Origin: Thermoproteota archaeon
GTDB taxonomy: Archaea; Korarchaeota; Korarchaeia; Korarchaeales; Korarchaeaceae
Reading direction: 5' to 3'
DNA length: 64,000 bases
Assembly: GCA_027491415.1 (NCBI GenBank)
Contig: JAOZFH010000063.1
Span: 64,414-128,413, forward strand
In this document: one piece after another, positions 1 to 8,812 of the stretch
Layout of the letters: each line of letters opens with the position of its first letter
Numbering within the stretch: the stretch's first letter is position 1
Notes under the pieces: generated by a model
Told to the model about the DNA's origin: nothing
The model's input: only the letters and a program-made list of their open reading frames with translations
Database searches by the model: none
Made by a program: the position numbers and the translations under genes

Positions 1-221
1 ATCTCGCCAGCCTTCTCCAGCTCTCTGAGCCTGGCCAGCTCGGCCAGCGCCGCCAGGTGGGTCCTGTCCCCGCGGGAGGCGCCCCTCTCGAGCCACCTGA
101 CGAGCCCCTTGGGGACGATTATCTTCGCCCCCCTCACCCTGCTCCAGAGCCTCTCATCCCTCAGGAGGCCCTGAATGAGCACCTGCTCGTCTATCACGTA
201 GGAACTCACGGCTCCGCCCAT
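1..221 (-). CDS. N-terminal fragment of a PIN-domain protein, probably the PINc/VapC-ATPase (PINA-like); runs off the window edge
   Basis: Manual translation from ATG at 221: MGGAVSSYVIDEQVLIQG...KIIVPKGLVRWLE...LAELARLRELEKAGE, resembling the N-terminal PIN domain of archaeal PIN-ATPases. Not in the ORF track. Confidence 0.55.
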   Translation of the reverse strand, partial: MGGAVSSYVIDEQVLIQGLLRDERLWSRVRGAKIIVPKGLVRWLERGASRGDRTHLAALAELARLRELEKAGE

Positions 222-289
222 ACCACTACTTCACTCTCCACCTTCAGGGTTACGTGGGGGGTCTCCAGAAATAAAGCGAGGTGGTTCAC

Positions 290-874
290 TCAGACCAGCA
301 GCTCGTCCTCCTCGAATATCCTCTTGTGGGCCACGAAGATGAGGTACCTCTCGTCTCCGGTGAGCTCCTCCATCACTCTGTCCCCGATCGCCCCGGGAGG
401 GTCTCTCAGGCCGGTCCTCTCCTCCACGTCCGAGAACGACTTGAAGGGCCTCTTCCTCCTCTCCTCCAGGATCTTCAGCATCAGCTTCTTCCCGACCCCC
501 GGCAGGAGCTCGAGCTGGTGGAGGCGGGTAGTGACGGGACGGGCCTCGTTGAAGAACTGAACGAAGAACTCCTCCCCCTCCACCACGGCGCTCCTCACCG
601 TCTCCTCCAGGTGCCCTTGGGCCGGGCCCCTCAGCTCCGGGTAGGAGAGGTACCTCAGGAACCTGCTGACGTAATCTCTCTGGCCCTTCCCGACGTAGAC
701 CTTCATCCCGGGCTCCACCTGGGCGCCGGGCCTCACCGCAAACTCCATCAGGATGAAGTACCTGTCCCCGAGAACCTGGGCCCTCCTAGAGGGCTCCCCG
801 TATACGTCAAGCACGTAGGCCCAGCCGTCGTGGGGCTTCCTCCTACCCGGAACGTACCTCCACAAGTCAGACAC
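290..874 (-). CDS. DUF655 family putative RNA-binding protein
   Basis: AYVLD..., FFNEARPVTTRLHQLELLPGVGKK (HhH) and conserved position after rpo4; start trimmed to GTG at 874. Confidence 0.9.
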   Translation of the reverse strand: MSDLWRYVPGRRKPHDGWAYVLDVYGEPSRRAQVLGDRYFILMEFAVRPGAQVEPGMKVYVGKGQRDYVSRFLRYLSYPELRGPAQGHLEETVRSAVVEGEEFFVQFFNEARPVTTRLHQLELLPGVGKKLMLKILEERRKRPFKSFSDVEERTGLRDPPGAIGDRVMEELTGDERYLIFVAHKRIFEEDELLV

Positions 875-884
875 CTCGAGCGGC

Positions 885-1337
885 CTACTCGGAATCCTCC
901 CCCTCCTCGGGGCCTTCCTGCGCCTCCTCGCCCTCCGCCTGGGCCGCCGCCTCAGACTGGGCCTCGACCGCCTCCTCAGCCTCAACCTCGGCCTCTGCCG
1001 GCGCCTCGGCCTCCTCCAGTCCCTTGAGCACCTCGAGGATTCCCTTGTAGGCCTTCTCGTCTAGGAGCGGGTAGGAGCGGAAGAGGAAGGGCCTGAGCTC
1101 GTCCGGCGTCTTGGGGAGGACGTTGACCAGCTGGATCGCGTCCTCCTCCGACAGGTCGTACTCGCTCATCAGGACCTCGACGGCCCTCCTGGCCGCCTTC
1201 GGGTCCCTAACCTTCGTGAACTTGGCTAGGTACTCGAAGAGCCTCCTCTGGTCCGGGGTTAGGGCAGACTGGTCCCTGGCCCACCTCTCGAATATGAGGT
1301 CCCTGACCTCGGCGAGCGTCAGCGGCTTCTTCTCCAA
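885..1337 (-). CDS. rpo4: RNA polymerase subunit Rpo4 (RpoF)
   Basis: PLTLAEVRDL...YLAKFTK...AIQLVNVLPKTPDELR; synteny rpl21e-rpo4-DUF655; acidic tail. Confidence 0.9.
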   Translation of the reverse strand: MEKKPLTLAEVRDLIFERWARDQSALTPDQRRLFEYLAKFTKVRDPKAARRAVEVLMSEYDLSEEDAIQLVNVLPKTPDELRPFLFRSYPLLDEKAYKGILEVLKGLEEAEAPAEAEVEAEEAVEAQSEAAAQAEGEEAQEGPEEGEDSE

Positions 1338-1343
1338 GCCGCC

Positions 1344-1661
1344 TCATCCTCCCGAACCCGGGGCGGGCTCGGAGTGTGGCTTCAGGTGAACAGGCGGTAC
1401 TATCAGGTGCTTGACCTTGCCCCCTACCCTCACGTCGACGAGGTAGGCCCTGCCCCTCTTCCCCACGACCACGCCGACCTTCCCCTGGTACCTCCTGTGC
1501 GGTATACCCTCCCTCTCGGACGGCACCACGTCTATGACCACCTTCTGGCCCACCTTGAACTCCTGAAAGAACCTCGACAGCGGAGGCAGCCCTCTCTCTC
1601 TGGGACTCTTTCGCAGGAATTCCCTGGACCCGTGTAGGTATCCCTTCGACTTTCTCGTCAA
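1344..1661 (-). CDS. rpl21e: 50S ribosomal protein eL21
   Basis: KSPRERG, PHRRYQGKVG, IVPPVHLKP motifs. Confidence 0.97.
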   Translation of the reverse strand: MTRKSKGYLHGSREFLRKSPRERGLPPLSRFFQEFKVGQKVVIDVVPSEREGIPHRRYQGKVGVVVGKRGRAYLVDVRVGGKVKHLIVPPVHLKPHSEPAPGSGG

Positions 1662-1683
1662 TTCAAATCACCTTCCGTCCGGC

Positions 1684-2952
1684 TCAAGCCCTCGGGGTCA
1701 GCACGGCCATTACGTCGAGCTCCCTACAAAAAGCTTTTTTCCCCAGTATCGAGGCGACGCTCGGCCTGGTCCTTCCCTCGTCCCCCGAGACCAGTTCCTT
1801 CACGTACAGGCCGCCGTCACACTCGACGATCATCTCGAAGGTCCGATCGTCGATCCTGCGAGTCGTCACCCCGTAGACCCTCTTTCGCCTGAGCAGGTCG
1901 CTCCTGCGCCTGAGCACCCTCGTGGGGGTCCTCTGGTCTATCGTGGCGCCCTCCAGCTCGGCCTCGAGTCTCTTGAGCTCGTCGTCGGTCACGCCGCCCT
2001 CGACCTCCACCAGCGCCCTGTAGACCTTCCGCGTCTCGGGGGCGCCCTCCTTCAGGGTCCTGATGAGCGAGGGCTCCGCGTACCTCAGCCCCACCACGGC
2101 GACCTTCTCCTCGGCGGACCTGTTGATCTCCTCCTGGAGTTCCGCCAGGTCCACCCTCCTCTTCCTCGGCCTGACGACCTCTAGGACGAAGGGCCTGCCG
2201 GTGCCCAGCATCCTGGCGTCCACATCCTCCCTCCCGGCCGCGTGGATGTGGTAGTCCTCCGCCTGAAAGGCCCTCTTGGCGACCTCTCCTATGAGGGCCT
2301 CCACAGAGTCGGCATACCTGTACCCCGTCCAGCCGCACTCCTCGCATCCCCTGCCTCCGCAGCTGGGGCAGAGCCACCTGGCCTGGGATATCCCCCTGGC
2401 CAGCTTCAGGTACCTCCCGGCCAGGTAGACGGGATTTACCGTGATCCTCACCTCTCCCCTCCAGAGGTCCAGCAGGCCGACCAAGTCGGGCCTCACGGGG
2501 TCTATCCTGGCTCCCGTGATCGTTGAGACGACGTCGTCCGCCATCCGGGAGAGGGTGACCTTGGGGGACTCGGCCGTCCAGATCCCAAGGCTGGCCCTGA
2601 CCTCGTCGTGCGCCTCGTGGACGTGCGGCGGGAGGACTGCGCCTCCCTTGAAGGTCTCGAACTCGTACTCCGACAGCCCCTGCAGCAGGTCGGAGACCAG
2701 CTCGGGGAGCGCCGAGGGTACCTCGCCCCCGCAGACGGAGCAGGAACCCCGTAGTCCGGAGGAGGCCTTCTTCCCCCTCTCCCCTCCGGCCTCAGCCTCG
2801 AGCGCCAGAACGGCGTGCCCCAGTATCCAAGAGCTGACCCTCCTGTCGAGGGATGAGAGGAGGCTGCCGGCGCAGTAGGGGCAGACCTCCCTCTCCAAGA
2901 GTAGGCCGAGGAACCTCTCCAGCGACCTCTTCTCGGCTGCGAGCCTGGGCAA
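1684..2952 (-). CDS. pus10: tRNA pseudouridine 54/55 synthase Pus10
   Basis: GRYLKLARGISQ, AGREDVDARMLGTGRPF, QRTPTRV, GGLYVKELVSGDEGRT. Confidence 0.96.
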   Translation of the reverse strand: MPRLAAEKRSLERFLGLLLEREVCPYCAGSLLSSLDRRVSSWILGHAVLALEAEAGGERGKKASSGLRGSCSVCGGEVPSALPELVSDLLQGLSEYEFETFKGGAVLPPHVHEAHDEVRASLGIWTAESPKVTLSRMADDVVSTITGARIDPVRPDLVGLLDLWRGEVRITVNPVYLAGRYLKLARGISQARWLCPSCGGRGCEECGWTGYRYADSVEALIGEVAKRAFQAEDYHIHAAGREDVDARMLGTGRPFVLEVVRPRKRRVDLAELQEEINRSAEEKVAVVGLRYAEPSLIRTLKEGAPETRKVYRALVEVEGGVTDDELKRLEAELEGATIDQRTPTRVLRRRSDLLRRKRVYGVTTRRIDDRTFEMIVECDGGLYVKELVSGDEGRTRPSVASILGKKAFCRELDVMAVLTPRA

Positions 2953-2993
2953 CTCTGCCGTACTCTCCCGGGGGCGCCAAACGCTCTGAAACC

Positions 2994-3401
2994 TCAGCTC
3001 GGGCCCTTGACCTTCATCACCTTCTTCTTACCCAGCGCCTCCCAGTACTCCACCTCTGCCCCGGACTCGACCTTGGACCGCTCCTCCTCGTCTACAGCGG
3101 ACATGGGGAGTTCGAAGGTCTCGTAGGTCTCGAGGTCCATCAGCTGTATCGTGTCGCCCATGACCGCCAGGACCTGGGCGGACCTCTTGGAGATTATAGG
3201 GATCTCGACGTCCGCGTCCGCCGGGAAGATCTTGGACCTCCGGGTTCCATCGAACAGCCCCCTGGCCTCGACCCTCACCTTCGCGGCGCCGTGCTTCCCT
3301 GGCTTAGACTTCGCAACGCTGAGGACGACGCACGGCTCACCGTCGATGACGACGTAGCTGCCCTTCTTGAGGTCGCCGGCGGAACCGTGGGTAACTCCCA
3401 T
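2994..3401 (-). CDS. eif5a: Translation factor aIF5A
   Basis: Hypusine motif SKPGKHGAAK. Confidence 0.97.
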   Translation of the reverse strand: MGVTHGSAGDLKKGSYVVIDGEPCVVLSVAKSKPGKHGAAKVRVEARGLFDGTRRSKIFPADADVEIPIISKRSAQVLAVMGDTIQLMDLETYETFELPMSAVDEEERSKVESGAEVEYWEALGKKKVMKVKGPS

Positions 3402-3441
3402 CTAGCTCACCAGGCTGGCCCCGGGGGCTCCGATTAAAAGC

Positions 3442-3876
3442 TCACCTGTAGGACTTCTGGAACCTGGCCCTGGCGCGCCTCCCTCCGAACTTCTTGGGTT
3501 CCCTCTGCCTGGGGTCGCCCGCGAGGATCGTCCTGTCGTACTCCCTGTAGAGCTCCTCCAGGCGCTTGGACCCGGTGTACCTGACGAGGGCCCTCCCTAT
3601 GGCCATCCTGGCGGCGTCGGCCTGGGCCATAAACCCGCCTCCCCTCACCCTGACGAAGATGTCCAGGCCCCCATAGACCTCCTCTCCCGCAAGCCAGAGC
3701 GGCTCGAGGATCTTCATCCTCACAAACTCGTTGGGGGCGTACACCTCCACCGGGAAGCCGTTGATGTACAGCCTCCCGCTGCCCCTCCTGATGACCGCGA
3801 AGGCCCTAGCGGTCTTTCGGGAGGCGGAGGCGTGCGCCAGGACCTCGCCCACCTTCTGCTGAGCCTGCCCGCTCAT
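3442..3876 (-). CDS. rps9: 30S ribosomal protein uS9
   Basis: GGGFMAQADA, EPKKFGGRRARARFQKSYR. Confidence 0.98.
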   Translation of the reverse strand: MSGQAQQKVGEVLAHASASRKTARAFAVIRRGSGRLYINGFPVEVYAPNEFVRMKILEPLWLAGEEVYGGLDIFVRVRGGGFMAQADAARMAIGRALVRYTGSKRLEELYREYDRTILAGDPRQREPKKFGGRRARARFQKSYR

Positions 3877-4340
3877 GCCACCTCACCCCTCCAGCCCAGC
3901 TGCTTCGCGAGCCACAGGACCGTGACGCTCTTGACGCCCGGCTTGGGCCTCAGGTGATCGACGGTGTACTTCTCGCCCAGCTCAACCGGCTGGGCATTCT
4001 TAAGCTCCGGCGGGACGCCGATGTAGACCCTCAGCCTCCGGAGGGCCTCCCTGCCCTTGGCCTTCTTCATGGGCAGCATGCCCCGGACGGTCCGCCAGAC
4101 GATCCTGTCGGGAGTCCGAGGCTGAACCGGGCCCCTCTCTGGCTTGGGCTTGCCCTGGATTGCCCTCCTCTTCAGGTACTTGGAGAGGACCGTGGACGGG
4201 TTGCCCGTTATGACCGCCTTCTCCGCGTTGACTATGGCCACCCTCCTACCCTCGAGGAGCTGCTTGGCCACGTAGCTGGCCATCCTGCCGAGGATCTTCC
4301 CATCGGCGTCGACGACTACGTCGAAGTTGGTCAAGCCCAT
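3873..4340 (-). CDS. rpl13: 50S ribosomal protein uL13
   Basis: VDADGKILGRMAS, NAEKAVITG, RTVRGMLP; start set at ATG 4340. Confidence 0.97.
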   Translation of the reverse strand: MGLTNFDVVVDADGKILGRMASYVAKQLLEGRRVAIVNAEKAVITGNPSTVLSKYLKRRAIQGKPKPERGPVQPRTPDRIVWRTVRGMLPMKKAKGREALRRLRVYIGVPPELKNAQPVELGEKYTVDHLRPKPGVKSVTVLWLAKQLGWRGEVA

Positions 4341-4344
4341 CACC

Positions 4345-4710
4345 TCACGCCAGTATCTTGACCCCCGACCCCTTGGGGTTCTCTTGGGCGAGCTCCACGA
4401 GTGACACGGCCTTCCCGCCGGCCTCGGAGATCTTTCTCCTGGCGGACTCGGAGAAGGACAGCGCCGCAACGGTCACCGACTTAGTTATCATCCCCTCGCC
4501 CAGCACCTTGCCGGGAACCACCACGACATCGTCGGGACCGGTGTACTTGTCTATCTTCCAGAGGTTCACCTCTATCCTTCTCCTGGTGGGCTTCCTCAGC
4601 CTCTCGGCCACGTCGGCCCATATCCGAGAGCCGGCGAGCCTCGAGGCTTTCTCTAGGGCGTTGATCGTCCGTATGGTCTCGGGGTTCGTTGGGCCCGTTG
4701 GCCTCGGCAT
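4345..4710 (-). CDS. rpl18e: 50S ribosomal protein eL18
   Basis: MPRPTGPTNP, VVVVPGKVLGEG, NPKGSGVKIL; TATA-like TTTATTAA upstream (~4748-4755). Confidence 0.96.
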   Translation of the reverse strand: MPRPTGPTNPETIRTINALEKASRLAGSRIWADVAERLRKPTRRRIEVNLWKIDKYTGPDDVVVVPGKVLGEGMITKSVTVAALSFSESARRKISEAGGKAVSLVELAQENPKGSGVKILA

Positions 4711-4986
4711 ATCGGCTCGCACCTTCCTGGCACGCTGCCCACCCGCGTTAATAAACGTGGCCTCGCCGGTGGGGCTGAGCCCCAATACCCCTCCCGGGCG
4801 AGTTGACCGATCCTCAGGAGGCCGGGGGGATCGGAGGACTGCTCTGAAGGGCAGACCTGCCGACGCGGGCTGAACGGCGCTGTTTGATCCCCTCCCCCTC
4901 CACCACGGGCCTCTCCGGTCCACGTGGCGGGAGAGCCCTCGAGACTCCCCGTGCCTGGAGGCGAGTCCGAGTCAGGGGATTTTGGG

Positions 4987-5075
4987 TGGTGCGGGGGGTG
5001 GGATTTGAACCCACGCGGGCCTACGCCCACCCGCCCCTCAAGCGGGCGCCTTGGACCAGGCTTGGCTACCCCCGC
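4987..5075 (-). tRNA. tRNA-Leu(GAG), CCA encoded
   Basis: Cloverleaf GCGGGGG...CCCGC-TTGAGGG-GCGGG, long variable arm, GGTTCAAATCC, ACCA end. Confidence 0.95.
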
Positions 5076-5110
5076 CCGAGGCAAGGGTGGATGGGTCCGC
5101 GATAAAAAGT

Positions 5111-5923
5111 CTAACGGACGGCCCGGGCCGACCCCTCGACGGCCGCCTTGAGCTCCTGCTCGAACCTGTCGAACTTCTTCAGCAGCTCGTCGACCGCCGC
5201 CCTGAGTATCTCGGGCACTGTCAGCGCGCCGGTGGACTCGAACTTGATTATGAAGCGCGTGTCGTCCCACTCGACGACCCTGACGAGCTCCGGCCTCTCC
5301 CTCCTTATCTCGTCGATGCACCCCTCCAGCCCCCTGCAGGAGAGGTAGTCCCTCACGATCACCGAGCCGTCCTCCTCCCTCTCCACCGCCCCCTCGGGGC
5401 ACGACCTGAGGGCGTCGGCGCACCTCTCCGCCGCCTCTGGGGCGAGGCTGTAGATGGGGTAGTAGGAGTAGCCGAGGCCGCTCACGGCCTGCCACTTTGC
5501 GTGCCACTTGCCCTTGCCCATCCTGACAATGGCGTCGAACCTGAGCCTGTCCCCCTTGGCCATCTTCACCAGCGGGATCTTCGGCCTCACCGGGACTATC
5601 ACCGGGTCGGAGGGCTCTAGTTCGCCGGCGTAGACCACCTCCACATCCTCCGAGGCCGTCCTGTCCAGCTTCAGCGTGACGACCGCCCCGTCCCCGATGG
5701 AGTAGGTCTTGAGGTCCGTCCTTATGGGGACCATCGCCAGCCTGTGGGCTATCTCCTCGTCGAGGAACGCCGTCGTGTTGGCGTAGAAGATCACCTCGTC
5801 CACCGCCATCACGGGCACCTCGGACAGGAGGGCCCGCCTCAGCGCGTTGGCGTAGGACGGGTTCGCGTCCTCGACAACGATCCTCACGAACGGGGGATCA
5901 TAGTCCACTATCCTAACCCTCAT
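5111..5923 (-). CDS. rpo3: RNA polymerase subunit Rpo3 (RpoD)
   Basis: ANALRRALLSEVP, EEIAHRLAMVP, GKWHAKWQ, Cys-containing Fe-S-like insert, ESTGAL. Confidence 0.97.
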   Translation of the reverse strand: MRVRIVDYDPPFVRIVVEDANPSYANALRRALLSEVPVMAVDEVIFYANTTAFLDEEIAHRLAMVPIRTDLKTYSIGDGAVVTLKLDRTASEDVEVVYAGELEPSDPVIVPVRPKIPLVKMAKGDRLRFDAIVRMGKGKWHAKWQAVSGLGYSYYPIYSLAPEAAERCADALRSCPEGAVEREEDGSVIVRDYLSCRGLEGCIDEIRRERPELVRVVEWDDTRFIIKFESTGALTVPEILRAAVDELLKKFDRFEQELKAAVEGSARAVR

Positions 5924-6977
5924 TTCCCTTCACACCCTTCTTCGAGAGGACATCGGCCCAGGGGTTGTCCCTCGCGAACTCCTCTAGGAGTTCGAGGGAG
6001 GCACCCTCACCCGGGGCGGGGCGAGTCTCCGGGGCCGGACGCGGCTTGATGTCCTTAACGGTTTCGGTCTCCCGCGGCTCGGGCGCGCCCGGCGCCCCGG
6101 CTGGCCGAGGCGTCTTTGACCCCTCCTCCAGCCCCGCGGGCCTGCGGGTTGGGGGCGGCGGAGTGGGCCAAGACGGCGGCGAGACCGTGGCGCCCGAGGT
6201 CAGGAACTTGACCAGCATCAGCAGCATGTCTATGGACCTCGACAGCTCGTCGACCCTCTTCTCCAGCGACTCGATCCTCCTCGACTCGCCCCCCCTCGAG
6301 CTCTTCAGCTCCTTGACCTCGCGTGAGAGTTCGCGAAGGGCCTCCTCAAGCTCTGCTATCTTGGCGTCGTCGCGCTCGACCCTCCCGCCAGCCCTCAGCT
6401 CAGCCAGGAGTTCCTCGATCAGCTCCTCGAGCCTGCTGCCCCTAGACTCGAGCTCCAGCTCGGCCCTGGCGCGTGCCCTCCCGGCGGAGCCGCGGGATGT
6501 AGAGACCGCGCCGACCTCCGCTCCCTCCGACCCAGGTGGCCCGAGCTCCCCGACGTCCACCTCTCCGACGGCCTCGACCACCGAGCGGGTCGCGGTCTCG
6601 ACATCCTCCATCGGCAGCTGGAGGTCCTGTATGTCTCTCAGGGCTATCGAGATCCCCCTGACGGACTCCGGGGCCCCGGACTGAAAGGCGTCAACGAGCC
6701 CGTGGGGGATCCAGAGGTCTATCCTCGTGACTCCTATCCTCCTCAGCTCGGCCCAACCTCCGAGGTATTCCGACACGAGCCTGTCGATCCACCTCGGTAG
6801 GTGGGATGGTTCGTCGGGTCCGTCGTACACCGCCACGAGGACCCGGATGGGCCTGCCGCGGACCTTCAGCTCGAGGACGGCCGCCTGGCCGTCGGAAGAG
6901 GGGGGCCCCAGTGGCCGCGCGGAGGCGTGCCTGTACATCTGAGAGATGAGCAGGTTCACCCAGGTGCGCTCCATCAC
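5913..6977 (-). CDS. Coiled-coil protein with arcadin-2-like C-terminal helix (putative crenactin regulator)
   Basis: Globular N-terminus, central coiled coil, Pro-rich linker, C-terminal FARDNPWADVLSKKG; own TATA (CTTAAATAG ~7011-7019). Confidence 0.6.
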   Translation of the reverse strand: MMERTWVNLLISQMYRHASARPLGPPSSDGQAAVLELKVRGRPIRVLVAVYDGPDEPSHLPRWIDRLVSEYLGGWAELRRIGVTRIDLWIPHGLVDAFQSGAPESVRGISIALRDIQDLQLPMEDVETATRSVVEAVGEVDVGELGPPGSEGAEVGAVSTSRGSAGRARARAELELESRGSRLEELIEELLAELRAGGRVERDDAKIAELEEALRELSREVKELKSSRGGESRRIESLEKRVDELSRSIDMLLMLVKFLTSGATVSPPSWPTPPPPTRRPAGLEEGSKTPRPAGAPGAPEPRETETVKDIKPRPAPETRPAPGEGASLELLEEFARDNPWADVLSKKGVKGNEG

Positions 6978-7027
6978 AGGGGCCCTGTGGAGGGGGGATG
7001 CGGGTCCGAGCTATTTAAGGCAGGCCC

Positions 7028-7435
7028 TCAGACCCTCCTGCCCCTCCTGCCGTGGGGCTTCCTGCAGCCGTCGTGCGGTATCGGGGTGACATCCTCTACC
7101 CTGAGCAGGAGCAGGCCGCTCCTGGCAAGACCCCTTATGGCCGCCGTCGCCCCGGGGCCGGGTATCCTGCTCTTGATGCCGCCGGGCGCCCTGACCTTGA
7201 CCACCAGCTGGGTGATGCCCTTCCTCTTGAGGTCCCTGGCCGCCGCCATGGCAGCCTTGAGCGCCGCGTAGGGAGACCCCTCCAGCCTGTCGGCGTCGAC
7301 GAACATCCCGCCGCTGTAGATGGCGAGGGTCTCGGCGCCGGTGATGTCCGTTACGTGTACTATCGTGTCGTTGAAGGACGAGTAGATGTGGGCGACGGCT
7401 ATCTTGCCCTTCTTCTTGGTCTCCGCCGACATCAC
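7028..7435 (-). CDS. rps11: 30S ribosomal protein uS11
   Basis: [33 protein letters not shown]. Confidence 0.98.
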   Translation of the reverse strand: MMSAETKKKGKIAVAHIYSSFNDTIVHVTDITGAETLAIYSGGMFVDADRLEGSPYAALKAAMAAARDLKRKGITQLVVKVRAPGGIKSRIPGPGATAAIRGLARSGLLLLRVEDVTPIPHDGCRKPHGRRGRRV

Positions 7436-8016
7436 GACTCACCTCCCTCCGGGGACTCGGGCTGAGCCTCGGCTGGCGCCTCTGAGGGCGCCTCGGCCTG
7501 GGGGGCCTCCTCGCCAGGCAGGGCCCTGAGGTACTCCGGGTGGGTGCACTCTATCGCGTCCTCCTCGCTCACCGGGACCAGGTACCCGGGAGACCTGATC
7601 CTCCGGCCAGCGACCCAGACGTGCCCGTGGACTATCCACTGCCTGGCCTGGAAGGGGGACTTGGCGAGTCCCTTCTTCCAGACCAGGGTCTGGAGCCTCC
7701 TCTCGAGGAAGTCCTTGGCGGTGATGTCGAGCATGTCGTCCGGGGTGGCGTCTGGTCCGAGTATGCCGAGCTTCTGGAGGCGCTGGATCGCCGGCTTCAG
7801 GATCTGCGCCGCCTCCTCCGGGTGCAGGGCCAGCGCCTCCCTGACCATCCTCCTGTACTTCCTGGCCATGTACTCGGCCCTCCAGAGCTCCCTCTTGTTC
7901 CTCAGGCCGTACATGCCAGCGAGCCTGTTGGACTCCTCGAGGACCGCCCTGTCCCAGGGCTTTAGGGGCCTCTCGTACTTCTTCCGCGGCCTCTTGGGGT
8001 CGCCCACGGGTCCCAC
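7432..8016 (-). CDS. rps4: 30S ribosomal protein uS4
   Basis: [32 protein letters not shown]. Confidence 0.98.
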   Translation of the reverse strand: MGPVGDPKRPRKKYERPLKPWDRAVLEESNRLAGMYGLRNKRELWRAEYMARKYRRMVREALALHPEEAAQILKPAIQRLQKLGILGPDATPDDMLDITAKDFLERRLQTLVWKKGLAKSPFQARQWIVHGHVWVAGRRIRSPGYLVPVSEEDAIECTHPEYLRALPGEEAPQAEAPSEAPAEAQPESPEGGES

Positions 8017-8017
8017 C

Positions 8018-8467
8018 TCACTTCTTCCTCTGGTAGCCGACCGTCCTGCCCACCCTGCCGGTGGTCTTGGTCCTCTGTCCCCTCACCTTGAGCCCGAGGG
8101 CGTGCCTTATGCCCTTCCAGCTCCTCATCTTCTTCATCTTGTCGATGTCCTGCCTCACCACGAAGTCCAAGTCGTCCCCTATGATGTGCTTGGACACGCC
8201 GTCCTCAGGGTCCCTCTGCCTGTTGAGCATCCACCAGGGGATGCCGAACTTGGCTGGATCTCTCATGACCTCTTCTATCTTCGCAAGTTGCTCGTCGCCG
8301 AGGGTGCCCAAGAGGGCCCACTTGTCCACGCCAGCCTTCTCCGCGATGGCGTTGGCAAGGGTGTGGCTCACCCCTTTTATGTAGGTCAGGGCTATGACGA
8401 CCGGCTTGTCGCCCTCCAGGGTGGTCCCAGCGAGCCTCAGCCTCTTCAGGATCTCCCGCTGCTCCAA
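8018..8467 (-). CDS. rps13: 30S ribosomal protein uS13
   Basis: ALTYIKGV, NRQRD, GIRHALGLKVRGQRTKTTGR. Confidence 0.98.
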   Translation of the reverse strand: MEQREILKRLRLAGTTLEGDKPVVIALTYIKGVSHTLANAIAEKAGVDKWALLGTLGDEQLAKIEEVMRDPAKFGIPWWMLNRQRDPEDGVSKHIIGDDLDFVVRQDIDKMKKMRSWKGIRHALGLKVRGQRTKTTGRVGRTVGYQRKK

Positions 8468-8555
8468 TTTGGCTGCACCCTCTCCCTCGATCAGGTGGGC
8501 GTGCGGCTCCCCCTATTTAACCGTTGGCTCCGACCCGCGAGAGGACCGATTAGCG

Positions 8556-8643
8556 TGGCGCCGGGGGTGGGATTTGAACCCACGCGGCCCGACGGGCCAC
8601 GGGCTTAGCAGGCCCGCCCCCTACCAGGCTAGGGCACCCCGGC
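8556..8643 (-). tRNA. tRNA-Ser(GCT), CCA encoded
   Basis: GCCGGGG acceptor, CGGGC-CTGCTAA-GCCCG anticodon arm, long variable arm, GGTTCAAATCC, GCCA end. Confidence 0.95.
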
Positions 8644-8812
8644 ACTGAGGACTAAAGGCCCCGCGCTCGCCGCCCCTCCTGGGATAAAAGGTTGCCCCAG
8701 CGTCTTCAGGGTCAAGCCAATGCCTTGATTGAGATAAAATTTACTGAACTATTGTACTTTTAACTTTCTTATCCCACCTAGTCGGGCTACTCTGCAGAAA
8801 TTTTTATGTTTT

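Noticed and set aside
4757-4985. SRP RNA or RNase P RNA
   Set aside because: No helix-8 GGAA tetraloop motif and no GAGGAAAGTCC-type conserved region seen on either strand.
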